DNA of 64,000 nt from an uncultured Ilumatobacteraceae bacterium (GTDB lineage: Bacteria; Actinomycetota; Acidimicrobiia; Acidimicrobiales; Ilumatobacteraceae): contig CBDUYD010000001.1 in NCBI GenBank assembly GCA_965371355.1, positions 1,681 through 65,680 on the forward strand. The letters run 5' to 3'. The position numbers and the translations under genes were made by a program. Below are positions 27,599 through 38,116 of the stretch, piece by piece (within the stretch, counting starts at the first letter, position 1; every line of letters begins with the position of its first letter). The notes beneath the pieces are model-generated. The model worked only from the letters and a program-made list of their open reading frames with translations. It searched no databases and was not told the DNA's origin.

Positions 27599-30500
27599 GT
27601 GCGCGGCCGGCGCGCGGATATCTTCTGGGTTGCCGTGTTCCTGAAAAGTCTCACCCTCAAGGGTTTCAAGTCGTTTGCCGAGAGCACGACCTTGACGCTC
27701 GAGCCCGGCGTCACCGTCGTGGTCGGCCCGAACGGATCGGGCAAGTCGAACGTCGTCGACGCCATCGCCTGGGTGCTCGGCGCCCAGGCCCCCAAGTCGG
27801 TGCGGAGTCAGAAGATGGACGACGTCATCTTCGCCGGCACGGCGACCCGAGCGCCGCTCGGGCGCGCCGAGGTGGCGATCACCATCGACAACTCCGACGG
27901 GATGCTCGGAATCGAGTTGGGCGAGATCATGCTCACCCGCACGTTGTTCCGTAGCGGCGAGTCCGAGTATGCGATCAACGGTGCACCGTGCCGTCTGCTC
28001 GACGTGCAGGAACTGCTCTCCGACGCGGGCGTCGGCCGGCAGCAGCACGTGATCGTCAGCCAGGGACAGATCGACGGCGTTCTCAACGCCCGTCCGGAGG
28101 ATCGGCGGGCGATCATCGAGGAGGCGGCCGGTGTCCTCAAGTTCCGCAAGCGCAAGGAGAAGGCCGAGCGCCGACTCGACGCGACCGAGGCGAACCTCTT
28201 GCGGGTGCAGGACCTGTTGCGCGAGGTCCGCCGCCAGCTCAGGCCGCTCGAGCGCCAGGCCAAGGCCGCCGAGCGACACGGCACGCTGATCGACGAGTTG
28301 ACCGAGCTGAAGACGTTCGTCGCCGGTCGCGAGATCGCCGGTCTGCGGACAAAGCTCGAATCGCTCGCCGCCGACCGCATCGACAGCGGGCGCGACGAGG
28401 CTGAACTGAAGAGGTCGCTCGCCTCACTCGACACCTCGATCATGGCGATCGAGGCCCAACTCACGGCGCGCGGTGCGAGCGACATCGGTGATCGGCTCGT
28501 CCGCGTCGAGCACCTCCGCGAGCGCTCGAGGGGACTCGCCGCGGTCATCGTCGAGCGTCGACGGTCGCTCGAACGCGACCGCGGGCAACTCCTCGATGCC
28601 GGCGTCGTCGCCAATCTCGAGGCCGACGCGGCGCGCTTCGGCGACGAACTCGTCGCCGTCACCGGCGAACTCGAGACCGTGGCACCGCGCGCCGAGCAAC
28701 TGCTGCTCGACGAGACCGGCTTCGCCGCCGAGCGCGGGCGCGTGATCGAGGCGATCGGTGCCGATCCCTCGGGCAGTCGGGCCGCCAGCGCCGCCGCCGA
28801 GGTTCGCGGCGAACTCCGTTCGGTTAGCGCCTCTCGCGAGCGCGTCGAGGGCGAGGTGCGCCGCCTCGAGTCGCGCGGCGAGGTGTTGCGTTCCCGGTCG
28901 ACCGCGGTCGAGGCCGAGGCCGTCAGGTTCCGTGGTGAGTGTGACGAGGCCGGAACGAGGGAGATTCCCCTGGTGCACGACGTGGCCGATGCCGAGCGGG
29001 CACTCGCCGCCGCCGAGGCGACGCTCGAGTCGCGCCGGGCCGCACGCAACGGGGCAGCCGAGGAGACATCTCGGTGGTCCGCCCGGGTCGACGCCCTGCA
29101 GATGGCACTCGATGCCGCTCGCGAGCGGGCGGGTGCCGAACGTCTGGCCGGAATCGATGGCGTTCTCGGAACACTGCTCGATCTGATCGAGATCGACGAT
29201 GGCTGGGAGCCGGCGGTCGTGGCCGCACTCGGTGAGTCGCTGACCGCCGTCGTCGTGGACGATCCGGGTGCGGGTCGCCGCGCGCTCTACGCACTTCGCG
29301 AATCCGAGACGAGCGGCGCCATACTCGCGCTCGGCGCCAGCATGTCCGCGCAGGACGCGCCGCTGGTCGGCACGCCGGTGCGACCGCACACCCGGTCGCG
29401 CAACGCCCAGGTCGACGAACTGCTCGACGGGCTGATCGGGTCCGCCGTACGGATCGACGATCTCGCGGGCGCTGTCGATGCTGCCCTCGCTCATCCCGGA
29501 GCCACCGTGGTGACACCGGAGGGCGACCGCTTCGGGCTCACCGGATGGCGCCTCGGCGTGGCCGGCGCCGGTGCGACCGCCGCCGCGCTCGACGATGCGA
29601 TCGAACGGGCGACACAGGCCGATGCGCGGCTCGCCGAGGCCGACCGGGAGGTCGATGCGGCGGTCGAGGCGCTCGCCCGAGCGCGCTCGACCGAAGAAGA
29701 ACTCGTGCGTCGGCTCGACCAGAACGACGCCCGCTTCATCGCCGCGTCCGAAGGCCTCGCCCGGGCGCAGGGCGAGCAGCGCGAGATCCGGACCGAACTC
29801 GACGTGCTCGCCACCACGATCTCCGATGCCGCCGGCAACACCTCTCGCGAGATCGCCCGTATCGGAGAACTCGAAGCACTGCTTCCGGCGCTCGAGTCCG
29901 ACGAGCAGGCCGAGGTCGACGCCGCTCGCACGCGCAGCGAGTTGCGCGTCGATCTCGAGGCGCGCGCCGCCGCACTCGCCTCCCGCCGCAAGGATCTCGA
30001 GGTCGCCAATGCGGGGCTGCTCGAACGCCGACAGCTGCTCGAGGGCCACTTGGCCGAGGTCGAGGCCCGGCTGAGGGCCGATGCGGATGCTCGCATGGCG
30101 GCGGAAGGACGACGGGTCGAGGTCGAACGCTCGATCGCCGAGATCGACCGCCTCGCCGAGCTGGTCTCGGCTCACGCTGTCGTCGTCGAGGCCCACCACG
30201 CCGAGCTTGCCGAGCGCCGCCGGCGCTGGAGTGCCGAGGTGCAGGGTCTGACGTCCGATCTCGAACGCGACCGCCGTGATCGCACCGACCACGAGCACCG
30301 CCTCGACGCCACCCGCGAGCGTGCGCGCAAGGCCGAACTCGGCGAGGCCGAGGCGAAGCTGCGCCTCGAGACGGCGGTCGAGAACGTCCGGCGCGAGCTC
30401 GACATCGAGCCGGCGGTCGCCGAGGCCGCCGAGATGCCGGAACTCCCAGACGGTGCCTCGCCCGCCGGTCGCGTGCGCGAACTCGAGCGCGAACTCCGCC

Positions 30501-31126
30501 TGCTCGGTCCGATCAACCCGCTGGCGCTCGAGGAGTTCAACGAGTTGCAGTCCCGGCACTCGTTCCTCGAGGAGCAGCTCGACGACGTGCGCCGCACCCG
30601 ACGCGAGCTGTCCAGGGTGATCGCCGCGGTCGACGGCGAGATCCAGAACGTGTTCGCCGCGGCGTTCGCCGACGTCAGCGACAACTTCACCCAACTCTTC
30701 GCCCTGCTCTTCCCCGGCGGCGGTGGCCGTCTCACGCTGACCGATCCCGACGATCTGCTCAACACCGGCATCGAGATCGAGGCCAAGCCGGGAGGCAAGA
30801 ACGTCAAGAAGCTGTCGCTGCTCTCGGGCGGCGAGCGCAGCCTGACGGCGCTCGCCTATCTGTTCGCCGTGTTCCGGTCGCGACCGTCTCCGTTCTATGT
30901 GATGGACGAGGTCGAGGCGGCCCTCGACGACGTGAACCTGCACCGATTTCTGGGACTCGTCGCGGAGTTCCGCAAGGACGCCCAGCTGCTCATCGTGTCG
31001 CACCAGAAGCGCACGATGGAGGCTGGTGACTCCCTGCTCGGGGTCAGCATGCAGCCGGGTGGATCCAGCAAGGTCGTCACCGAGCGGGTCTCCACCACCA
31101 CGGTCGCCAGCAGCACGGTCGCCTGA
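27599..31126 (+). CDS. smc: Chromosome segregation protein SMC
   Basis: Walker A GPNGSGKSN, long coiled coils, a hinge, the signature LSGGERSLTALA and Walker B FYVMDEVEAALD. The likelier start is GTG 27635 (VFLKSLTLKGFKSF). Confidence 0.95.
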   Translation: MRGRRADIFWVAVFLKSLTLKGFKSFAESTTLTLEPGVTVVVGPNGSGKSNVVDAIAWVLGAQAPKSVRSQKMDDVIFAGTATRAPLGRAEVAITIDNSDGMLGIELGEIMLTRTLFRSGESEYAINGAPCRLLDVQELLSDAGVGRQQHVIVSQGQIDGVLNARPEDRRAIIEEAAGVLKFRKRKEKAERRLDATEANLLRVQDLLREVRRQLRPLERQAKAAERHGTLIDELTELKTFVAGREIAGLRTKLESLAADRIDSGRDEAELKRSLASLDTSIMAIEAQLTARGASDIGDRLVRVEHLRERSRGLAAVIVERRRSLERDRGQLLDAGVVANLEADAARFGDELVAVTGELETVAPRAEQLLLDETGFAAERGRVIEAIGADPSGSRAASAAAEVRGELRSVSASRERVEGEVRRLESRGEVLRSRSTAVEAEAVRFRGECDEAGTREIPLVHDVADAERALAAAEATLESRRAARNGAAEETSRWSARVDALQMALDAARERAGAERLAGIDGVLGTLLDLIEIDDGWEPAVVAALGESLTAVVVDDPGAGRRALYALRESETSGAILALGASMSAQDAPLVGTPVRPHTRSRNAQVDELLDGLIGSAVRIDDLAGAVDAALAHPGATVVTPEGDRFGLTGWRLGVAGAGATAAALDDAIERATQADARLAEADREVDAAVEALARARSTEEELVRRLDQNDARFIAASEGLARAQGEQREIRTELDVLATTISDAAGNTSREIARIGELEALLPALESDEQAEVDAARTRSELRVDLEARAAALASRRKDLEVANAGLLERRQLLEGHLAEVEARLRADADARMAAEGRRVEVERSIAEIDRLAELVSAHAVVVEAHHAELAERRRRWSAEVQGLTSDLERDRRDRTDHEHRLDATRERARKAELGEAEAKLRLETAVENVRRELDIEPAVAEAAEMPELPDGASPAGRVRELERELRLLGPINPLALEEFNELQSRHSFLEEQLDDVRRTRRELSRVIAAVDGEIQNVFAAAFADVSDNFTQLFALLFPGGGGRLTLTDPDDLLNTGIEIEAKPGGKNVKKLSLLSGGERSLTALAYLFAVFRSRPSPFYVMDEVEAALDDVNLHRFLGLVAEFRKDAQLLIVSHQKRTMEAGDSLLGVSMQPGGSSKVVTERVSTTTVASSTVA

Positions 31127-31182
31127 ACCACCGCCCCGCTCTCCCGCCCGTCGTCCTGCGGTGCAGATAGCGTCGATCGGCG

Positions 31183-32304
31183 ATGGGCTTCGAAGTCATC
31201 TTTCTCGTCCTGGCCGTTCTCGTGGTGGCCTTCGGTGTCGGCGTCATCGTCGTCAGCCGCCGCAACGCGCAGCGCGCCGACCGCCGGGCGACGCCGCCCG
31301 CCGCGCCCGACACGCCCCCCCCGAGGGCGCCCGACGGCGACACGCTCGTCGCCGAACCCGAAACGATCGAGCCCGAAGAGGTCGTCGAGATCGCGCCGGC
31401 GACCCTGCGCGACCGCATGTCGAAGGCAAGGTCGACGTTCGCCGGTGCGTTCACCGGTGTGCTCGGTCGTGCGGGGCTGTCCGACGAGGACTTCGACGAC
31501 CTCGAGGAGGCGCTGCTGCGCGCCGACGTCGGCGTCGGGCTCACCGACGAGCTGCTCGGCGAGCTGCGGACACGGGTCGAGAGCAAGGAGATCACCGAGC
31601 CCGAGCAGCTGCTCGACGGCTTGCAGTCCGAGATGACCGCACGGCTCGCCGGATCCGATCGATCGCTGCACTTCGAGCCCGGTGGGCCGGGGAGCCCGAA
31701 CGTCTGGATGTTCGTCGGCGTCAACGGCGTCGGGAAGACGACGACGATCGGCAAGCTCGCCAACCAGCAGGTCGAAGAGGGCCGATCGGTGCTCCTCGCG
31801 GCAGGAGACACGTTCCGCGCCGCGGCGGCCGAGCAGTTGACGACATGGGCCGAACGGTCCGGGGTCGACATCGTGCGCGGTGCCGATGGCGGCGACCCGA
31901 GCGCGGTGATCTACGACGGTGTCGAGCGGGCTGCCTCGCGCGATCTCGATCTCGTGATGGCCGACACCGCCGGCCGTCTGCACACCAAGACCAACCTGAT
32001 GGACGAGCTGCGCAAGGTGCGCCGGGTCGCCGAGAAGGGAGCGGGCCGGGTCACCGAGACGTTGCTCGTCATCGATGCGACCACCGGACAGAACGGCCTC
32101 GCCCAGGCGCGGGAGTTCCGCGAGGCGACCGATGTCACCGGTGTAGTGCTCACAAAGCTCGACGGCTCGGCCAAGGGCGGCATCGTGTTCGCAATCGAGA
32201 CCGAACTCGGTATCCCGATCAAGCTCGTCGGTATCGGCGAGACGATCGACGATCTCGTCCCGTTCGACCCCGACGAGTTCATCGGCGCACTCTTCGACCG
32301 GTGA
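31183..32304 (+). CDS. ftsY: Signal recognition particle receptor FtsY
   Basis: N-terminal TM segment, acidic A-domain and NG domain motifs GVNGVGKTTT, DTAGRL and TKLDG. Confidence 0.9.
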   Translation: MGFEVIFLVLAVLVVAFGVGVIVVSRRNAQRADRRATPPAAPDTPPPRAPDGDTLVAEPETIEPEEVVEIAPATLRDRMSKARSTFAGAFTGVLGRAGLSDEDFDDLEEALLRADVGVGLTDELLGELRTRVESKEITEPEQLLDGLQSEMTARLAGSDRSLHFEPGGPGSPNVWMFVGVNGVGKTTTIGKLANQQVEEGRSVLLAAGDTFRAAAAEQLTTWAERSGVDIVRGADGGDPSAVIYDGVERAASRDLDLVMADTAGRLHTKTNLMDELRKVRRVAEKGAGRVTETLLVIDATTGQNGLAQAREFREATDVTGVVLTKLDGSAKGGIVFAIETELGIPIKLVGIGETIDDLVPFDPDEFIGALFDR

Positions 32305-32330
32305 GCAGCCACCGGTAGCCTCGCACCCTG

Positions 32331-33752
32331 ATGTTCGACAACCTGTCCACCCGTCTCGAAGGGGTCATCAAGAAGATCCGCGGCAAGGGCCGCCTCACCG
32401 AGGCCGATGTCGACGAGGTGATGAAGGAGATCCGCACGGCACTCCTCGAGGCCGACGTCAACGTCACCGTCGTGCGCTCGGTGTGCAACCGGATCCGTGA
32501 GCGTGCGATCGGCGCCACCCGCTCGCAGTCGCTCGATCCGGGCCAGCAGGTCATCAAGGCGGTCAACGATGAACTGACGAGGGCGCTCGGCGGCGAGACG
32601 CTCTCGATCACCTATGCGAGCAAGCCGCCGACCGTCGTGCTGCTCGCCGGCCTGCAGGGTTCCGGCAAGACGACCGCCGCCGCCAAGCTCGCCGCCTGGT
32701 TCAAGGGCCAGGGCCGCCAGCCGCTTCTCGTCGGCGCCGATCTGCAGCGTCCGGCCGCGGTCGAGCAGTTGCGCACCCTCGGAGCGCAGATCGACGTGCC
32801 GGTGTTCTCCGATCCCGAGGATCCGGTGCTCACCGCGGCCGACGGCCTCGACGAGGCGAAGCGACTCGGGCGCGACGTACTGATCGTCGACACCGCCGGC
32901 CGCCTCTCGATCGACACCGAGATGATGGAGCAGGTGCGCCTCATCTCGGGCGCTGTCGACCCCGACTACACGTTCCTGGTGATCGACGCGATGACCGGCC
33001 AGGACGCCGTGCAGACCGCCGTGGCGTTCGATGAGACGCTGCGTATCGACGGCGTGATCATGTCGAAGCTCGACGGCGATGCCCGAGGTGGCGCCGCGCT
33101 GTCGGTCAAGGAGGTCATCGGGCGACCGATCGCGTTCGCGTCGACGGGCGAGAAGCTCAACGAGTTCGAGCAGTTCCACCCCGATCGGATGGCGGGCCGC
33201 ATTCTCGGGATGGGCGACATCATGACCCTGATCGAGCAGGCCGAGCAGGCGTTCGAGGCCGACGAGGCCGAGGAGGCCGCCGCCCGACTGCTCGAGGGTC
33301 AGTTCACGCTCGACGACTTCCTCGAGCAGATGCAGCAGCTCAAGAAGATGGGATCGATCGGCAATCTGGTGGGCATGATGCCCGGCATCCCCAAGGAACT
33401 CAAGGGCGCCAGCATCGACGACGACGACCTCAAGCCGATCGAGGCGATCATCCGGTCGATGACGCCCGAGGAACGTGCCCAGCCGGTGGTCATCAACGGC
33501 AGTCGGCGGATGCGCATCGCCGAAGGTTCCGGAACGCAGGTCGGCGACGTCAACCGCCTGGTCAAGCAATTCGGTGAGATGCAGAAGATGATGAAGAAGA
33601 TGGGCGGGATGGGGTCGGCCAAGCGCGGCAAGAAGGGCAAGCGCGGCAGGGGGCTCCCGCCGGGCATCGACCTCGATCCTTCGTCACTCGACCTGTCCGC
33701 GTTGCCGGGGATGTCCGACCTCCCCGGCCTTCCCGGCGGCCAGCATCGCTGA
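32331..33752 (+). CDS. ffh: Signal recognition particle protein Ffh
   Basis: MFDNLSTRLEGVIKKIRG N-terminus. GLQGSGKTT, DTAGRL and SKLDGDARGG motifs. Met-rich M domain. Confidence 0.95.
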   Translation: MFDNLSTRLEGVIKKIRGKGRLTEADVDEVMKEIRTALLEADVNVTVVRSVCNRIRERAIGATRSQSLDPGQQVIKAVNDELTRALGGETLSITYASKPPTVVLLAGLQGSGKTTAAAKLAAWFKGQGRQPLLVGADLQRPAAVEQLRTLGAQIDVPVFSDPEDPVLTAADGLDEAKRLGRDVLIVDTAGRLSIDTEMMEQVRLISGAVDPDYTFLVIDAMTGQDAVQTAVAFDETLRIDGVIMSKLDGDARGGAALSVKEVIGRPIAFASTGEKLNEFEQFHPDRMAGRILGMGDIMTLIEQAEQAFEADEAEEAAARLLEGQFTLDDFLEQMQQLKKMGSIGNLVGMMPGIPKELKGASIDDDDLKPIEAIIRSMTPEERAQPVVINGSRRMRIAEGSGTQVGDVNRLVKQFGEMQKMMKKMGGMGSAKRGKKGKRGRGLPPGIDLDPSSLDLSALPGMSDLPGLPGGQHR

Positions 33753-33839
33753 TGTCTCGATCACCTATCGCTGACCGGAATCCCGCTCGCCGCCGCTAGC
33801 CTTGCGACGTTCTCGTTCGATCCAGGAGTGACGATTCAG

Positions 33840-34112
33840 ATGGCAGTGAAGCTGCGACTCACACGTGTTGGCAAGACCAAGCAGCCCCAATACCGCATCG
33901 TTGCGGCCGATTCGCGTTCACCTCGCGACGGGCGCTTCATCGAGATAATCGGTCACTACGACCCACGCCAGGATCCGTCGGCCCTCACCGTCGACAACGA
34001 CAAGGCCGTCCACTGGCTCTCGCACGGTGCGCAGCCGACCGACCGCGTTCGCAAGCTGCTCGAGATCTCCGGTGCCATCGAGGCGTTCCAGACCGAGAAG
34101 GCCGCCAGATGA
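33840..34112 (+). CDS. rpsP: 30S ribosomal protein S16
   Basis: [35 protein letters not shown] is a canonical S16 sequence. AGGAG lies upstream. Confidence 0.95.
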   Translation: MAVKLRLTRVGKTKQPQYRIVAADSRSPRDGRFIEIIGHYDPRQDPSALTVDNDKAVHWLSHGAQPTDRVRKLLEISGAIEAFQTEKAAR

Positions 34113-34360
34113 GCGAGACGGCACCCACCGCAGTCGACGTCTTGACGCACATTGTCAAGTCGATCGTCGACAACCCCGACGAGGTCACGGTCGAGGTCGA
34201 CGAATCGGGCAACCGTCCGGCGCTCAACGTTCGCGTCGGCGACGGCGACCTCGGGCGCGTGATCGGGCGCCGCGGCCGCACGGCAGCGAGCATCCGTACC
34301 GTCACCCGCGCCGCAGCGAGCAAGGACGATGTCGAGATCGACATCGAGTTCCTCGACTGA
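34109..34360 (+). CDS. KH-domain RNA-binding protein (YlqC/UPF0109)
   Basis: ATGA overlap with the rpsP stop. KH GxxG motif VIGRRGRTA. Conserved position between rpsP and rimM. Confidence 0.8.
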   Translation: MSETAPTAVDVLTHIVKSIVDNPDEVTVEVDESGNRPALNVRVGDGDLGRVIGRRGRTAASIRTVTRAAASKDDVEIDIEFLD

Positions 34361-34841
34361 GAACCCTCCCGAGGGGCTGCTCGAGATCGGGCACATCCGC
34401 CGGCCGCACGGTCTGGCGGGCGATGTGTTCGTCCAGCTCACCTCGAACCTCGACGAGCGGTTGACGGTCGGATCGGTTCTCGTCGACCCCGATGGTGCCC
34501 AGTACGTGGTCGAACGCAGCCGAACAGCCTCCAAGGGGCGCAGGGTCGTCAAGTTCGCACACCTCACCGACCGGGCGAGTGCCGAGCGGGCTCTCGACAC
34601 GCCGCTCTACGGCGAACCGATCGACGATCCCGATGCCTTGTGGACCCACGAGTTGATCGGTTCCGAGGTAGTCGAGGTCGACGGAACCGTGTGGGGACGC
34701 TGCGTTGCCGTGGTCGCAAACCCGGCAGCCGATCTGCTCGAACTGCACACCGGTGCCCTCGTGCCGACGAACTTCATCGTGTCGGCCGACAAGGGCCGCG
34801 TCACGGTCGATACCCCGGACGGCCTCTTCGACGTCCTGTGA
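34329..34841 (+). CDS. rimM: 16S rRNA processing protein RimM
   Basis: [16 protein letters not shown] is the canonical RimM N-domain. PRC barrel at the C-terminus. The exact start is uncertain, since it overlaps the KH gene by 32 nt. Confidence 0.85.
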   Translation: MSRSTSSSSTENPPEGLLEIGHIRRPHGLAGDVFVQLTSNLDERLTVGSVLVDPDGAQYVVERSRTASKGRRVVKFAHLTDRASAERALDTPLYGEPIDDPDALWTHELIGSEVVEVDGTVWGRCVAVVANPAADLLELHTGALVPTNFIVSADKGRVTVDTPDGLFDVL

Positions 34842-35596
34842 GTCATTCCGACCCGCTCGCGCTGCAGATCGACGTCTTCGCGCTGTTCCCGGGCCTCGTC
34901 GACGATTTCTGTTCCGAGAGCCTGCTCGGCAGGGCGCGGCGGCGCGGTCTGCTCGACCTACGCCTCCACGACATACGCGAACCAACCACAGATGTGCACC
35001 GCACGGTCGACGACGCACCGTTCGGCGGGGGAGCGGGCATGGTGATGCGGGCGCAGCCGATATTCGACTCGATCGAGGCCAGCGATCCGCCTCGTCCGCT
35101 GATCGCACTCGGGCCGACCGGGCGCCGCTTCGACCAGACCATCGCCCACGAACTCGCCGAACTCGACGGGTTCAGCTTGCTCTGCGGTCGCTACGAGGGA
35201 ATCGACCACCGTGTGCGCGAGCACCTCGTCGACGACGAGCTGAGCATCGCTGACGTGGTGCTCAGCGGGGGAGAGGTCGCGGCCTGCGTCGTGATCGAGG
35301 CGGTGACCCGGCTCCGCGACGGAGCGATGGGCAACGCGGAGAGTCCGGTCACCGAGAGCTTCGGCGAGAGCGGCCTTCTCGAGGAGCCCCAGTACACGCG
35401 GCCCGCCGACTTCAGGGGCTGGACGGTGCCCGAGGTGTTGCGCAGCGGCGATCACGCGCGAATCGAGCGCTGGCGGCAGGCGCAGCGCCTCCATCTCACG
35501 CTGGCGCGCCGACCCGACCTAGTCGAGCGTCGGGGCGGCATCTCAGATGATGAGCGCGCGTTGTTGGAAGAGTTCCCCCCGCTCCCGTATCATTGA
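34838..35596 (+). CDS. trmD: tRNA (guanine37-N1)-methyltransferase TrmD
   Basis: GTGA overlap with the rimM stop. [22 protein letters not shown] and [13 protein letters not shown] motifs. Confidence 0.9.
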   Translation: MSHSDPLALQIDVFALFPGLVDDFCSESLLGRARRRGLLDLRLHDIREPTTDVHRTVDDAPFGGGAGMVMRAQPIFDSIEASDPPRPLIALGPTGRRFDQTIAHELAELDGFSLLCGRYEGIDHRVREHLVDDELSIADVVLSGGEVAACVVIEAVTRLRDGAMGNAESPVTESFGESGLLEEPQYTRPADFRGWTVPEVLRSGDHARIERWRQAQRLHLTLARRPDLVERRGGISDDERALLEEFPPLPYH

Positions 35597-35672
35597 CGGG
35601 CCGCATCGGCGCCGGACCACAAGCCCCATCGATGCGAATCCGACGCCCCAGCTACCACCCAGGGAAGATGCC

Positions 35673-36020
35673 ATGAAAGCCACCGATCTGATCGACAACG
35701 ACTCGCTGCGCGACGACATCCCCGATTTCCGGGCGGGTGACGAGCTCAAGGTGCACGTTCGCGTGGTCGAGGGCGGCAAGGAGCGCATCCAGATCTTCCA
35801 GGGCGACGTGATCGCCCGACAGGGCGGCGGCATCCACGAGACGTACACGGTTCGCAAGCTCAGCTCCGGCGTCGGCGTCGAGCGCACGTTTCCCGTGCAC
35901 ACGCCCACCGTGGCGAAGATCGAAGTGGTGAAGAAGGGCGATGTGCGCCGCGCCAAGCTCTACTACCTGCGCGATCGCAAGGGCAAGGCCGCCAAGATCC
36001 GCGAGAAGCGCGACTACTGA
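35673..36020 (+). CDS. rplS: 50S ribosomal protein L19
   Basis: [35 protein letters not shown] is a canonical L19 sequence. Internal ATG of ORF 35547-36020. Confidence 0.95.
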   Translation: MKATDLIDNDSLRDDIPDFRAGDELKVHVRVVEGGKERIQIFQGDVIARQGGGIHETYTVRKLSSGVGVERTFPVHTPTVAKIEVVKKGDVRRAKLYYLRDRKGKAAKIREKRDY

Positions 36021-36100
36021 ACAGTCTCCTACCTCGGGTCTCCTGACCTTCGGCTCTATTGCCCGGAGCGTGTCGAGGAGAAGCTCGGCCCGAGTGGTTT

Positions 36101-36134
36101 GTCGAGATCCATGGTCGAGATCCATGGTCGATCC
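36101..36134 (+). repeat. 13-nt tandem duplication GTCGAGATCCATG x2 plus a partial third unit
   Basis: Units at 36101-36113 and 36114-36126, then GTCGATCC at 36127-36134. Located in the rplS-lipoprotein spacer. Confidence 0.8.
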
Positions 36135-36152
36135 TGCGAGTTCTACGGAAGG

Positions 36153-36614
36153 ATGCGATTGATGCAACACGGCCCGAAGCGCCAACGAAGCGAGCACCGC
36201 GTGGGGAGGTGGCTGGTTGCCGCCGGTATCGGGGTGGTCCTGCTCGCGGGATGCGGAAGCGATGACGACAGCGACGGCGAATCAGCCCAGGAGAAGTACT
36301 GCCAGGCGGGCTCCTCGCTCGAAGAGAGCGTGACCGCACTCGCCGACGTCGACCTGCTGGCAGAGGGAACCGATGGGCTCGAGTCGGCTCTCGATGCGGT
36401 GGACGACGACTTGAACACGCTCGGCGACACAGCGAGCGACGCGGCTGCCGACGAGGTCGACGCCCTCGAACAATCGGTCGACGACCTGCAGAGCGCGATC
36501 TCCGACCTCGGCGGCGAGATCTCGTCGGAAAATGTGTCGAGTCTGACCACTGCTGTTCAGAGCGTCGGAACGGCCGCCCAGGGTGTGTACGGCACGCTGA
36601 GCGACTGCCCCTGA
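36153..36614 (+). CDS. Putative secreted lipoprotein (acidic, helical)
   Basis: Signal peptide with lipobox VVLLAGCGSD. Asp/Ala/Leu-rich mature part. The start could be 36153 or 36162. Confidence 0.5.
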   Translation: MRLMQHGPKRQRSEHRVGRWLVAAGIGVVLLAGCGSDDDSDGESAQEKYCQAGSSLEESVTALADVDLLAEGTDGLESALDAVDDDLNTLGDTASDAAADEVDALEQSVDDLQSAISDLGGEISSENVSSLTTAVQSVGTAAQGVYGTLSDCP

Positions 36615-36774
36615 CAACCCGCCCCGTCGCCAGCCCTCATCTCCGGCGTTACGCTCGGCGATGACCACCGGCGAGGGGTGCAGCCCTACGCCGACCTCGG
36701 CCCACCGAGTGGCCGCTCGGTCCATGTGACCCCACATCGTCAACGTTGTCGCCAGGGGCGACGATGGAGGGCAA

Positions 36775-37137
36775 ATGGCAACAGGAAACGCTCACGATCA
36801 CGCCAATCTCGCGCGGGGGCGTTGGGGTGAGGATCTCGCTCTGACCCACTACCGCCGCCTCGGCTATACGCTCGCGGATCGCAACTGGCGTACCGCCACC
36901 GGAGAACTCGATCTCGTCCTGTCGGTGGGAAACACCTACGTGTTCAGCGAGGTGAAGGCGCGGCGAACCGACCGGTACGGTCCACCGGCCACGGCGGTCG
37001 GACGCGCGAAGCAGCACAGAATCCGACGACTCGCCGTCGAGTGGCTGGCAGCGCACGACCTGCGCGGTGTCGAGATCCGTTTCGACGTCGTCGCGATCAC
37101 CGGCAGCAAGGTGAAGGTCTACGAGGGAGCGTTCTGA
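36775..37137 (+). CDS. yraN: YraN family (UPF0102) endonuclease-like protein
   Basis: GRWGEDLALTHYRRLGYTLADRNWR...GELDLV and FSEVKAR match the PD-(D/E)xK-like YraN pattern. 120 aa. Confidence 0.75.
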   Translation: MATGNAHDHANLARGRWGEDLALTHYRRLGYTLADRNWRTATGELDLVLSVGNTYVFSEVKARRTDRYGPPATAVGRAKQHRIRRLAVEWLAAHDLRGVEIRFDVVAITGSKVKVYEGAF

Positions 37138-37144
37138 GCCGGCG

Positions 37145-37255
37145 TCAGCCGAGGAACGCCCAGGCCACGAGCGCGATCGCGAGCAGTACCGCCACGATGA
37201 CGAGCACATAGTCGCCCGGCTTGGCGCGGAACTTCCGGTAAGGGTTGAAGCCCAC
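37145..37255 (-). CDS. Candidate 36-aa single-TM micro-protein (not in the ORF track)
   Basis: GTG start. (M)GFNPYRKFRAKPGDYVLVIVAVLLAIALVAWAFLG. 33/36 codons end in G/C. Basic N-terminus followed by one hydrophobic helix. Confidence 0.35.
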   Translation of the reverse strand: MGFNPYRKFRAKPGDYVLVIVAVLLAIALVAWAFLG

Positions 37256-37278
37256 GCCGCTCAGTATCGTCGGCCGTC

Positions 37279-38067
37279 ATGATGAGCAGCGAACTCGAGA
37301 CGATCGCCATCGATCGCGACGACGGGGTCGTCACGATCACCCTGTGCCGTCCCGAGCGGAAGAACGCGATAAACCGCCGGATGTGGATCGAACTGGGCGA
37401 CCAGTTCCGGGAGATCGCCACGAGTTCGAGCGATCGGGTGCTCGTCCTCACCGGCGCAGGCGGAGATTTCTCCTCGGGTGCCGATCTGGGCGGCGACGAC
37501 CCGGCGGAGAAGAAGCACCAGCTCGCGGCGATGCGCGACGTCGGCGACGTCTGCCTGACACTGCACCGCATGCCACAGCCGACGATCGCCAAGGTCCGGG
37601 GATACGCCGTCGGGGCGGGCATGAACATGGCGCTCGGCTGCGATCTCGTCGTCGCCGGAGAGACCGCGAGGTTCTCGGAGATCTTCGCCCGCCGCGGGCT
37701 GAGCATCGACTTCGGCGGTTCCTGGATCCTGCCCCGACGCATCGGGATGCACAGGGCGAAAGAGCTCGCACTGTTCGCCGACATGATCGTCGCCGACGAA
37801 GCCCACGACCTGGGGCTCGTCAACCGTGTGTTGCCCGACGGCGAACTCGACGCGTTCGTCGTCGACTGGGCGCGCCGGCTGGCCTCGGGCCCGCCGATCG
37901 CCCTCGCGATGACGAAGCGCCTGCTCAACAACTCGCTCAACGTCACGCTCGAGGAGGCGCTCGACGACGAGGGGCTCTCGCAATCGGTCAACTTCGCCAC
38001 GAGCGACACGCTCGAGGCCCTGCACGCATTCATCGAGAAGCGCGAGCCCGAGTTCAAGGGTCGGTAG
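37279..38067 (+). CDS. Enoyl-CoA hydratase/isomerase (crotonase) family protein
   Basis: Crotonase fold signatures VLTGAGGDFSSGADL and VRGYAVGAGMNMALGCD. 262 aa. Confidence 0.85.
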   Translation: MMSSELETIAIDRDDGVVTITLCRPERKNAINRRMWIELGDQFREIATSSSDRVLVLTGAGGDFSSGADLGGDDPAEKKHQLAAMRDVGDVCLTLHRMPQPTIAKVRGYAVGAGMNMALGCDLVVAGETARFSEIFARRGLSIDFGGSWILPRRIGMHRAKELALFADMIVADEAHDLGLVNRVLPDGELDAFVVDWARRLASGPPIALAMTKRLLNNSLNVTLEEALDDEGLSQSVNFATSDTLEALHAFIEKREPEFKGR

Positions 38068-38116
38068 TCCTCTGGGTGCCGCCCCGTCGAGGCCCCCGCT
38101 CACTACGCTGGCGGTC

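Noticed and set aside
28424-31003. 859-aa ORF antisense to smc, plus similar long antisense ORFs at 19818-22025, 31911-33569, 38170-40455 and 40756-42402
   Set aside because: They lie opposite genes with unambiguous motifs, have low-complexity Arg/Gly/Asp/Leu-rich translations and show no recognisable domains. This is expected in GC3-rich DNA.
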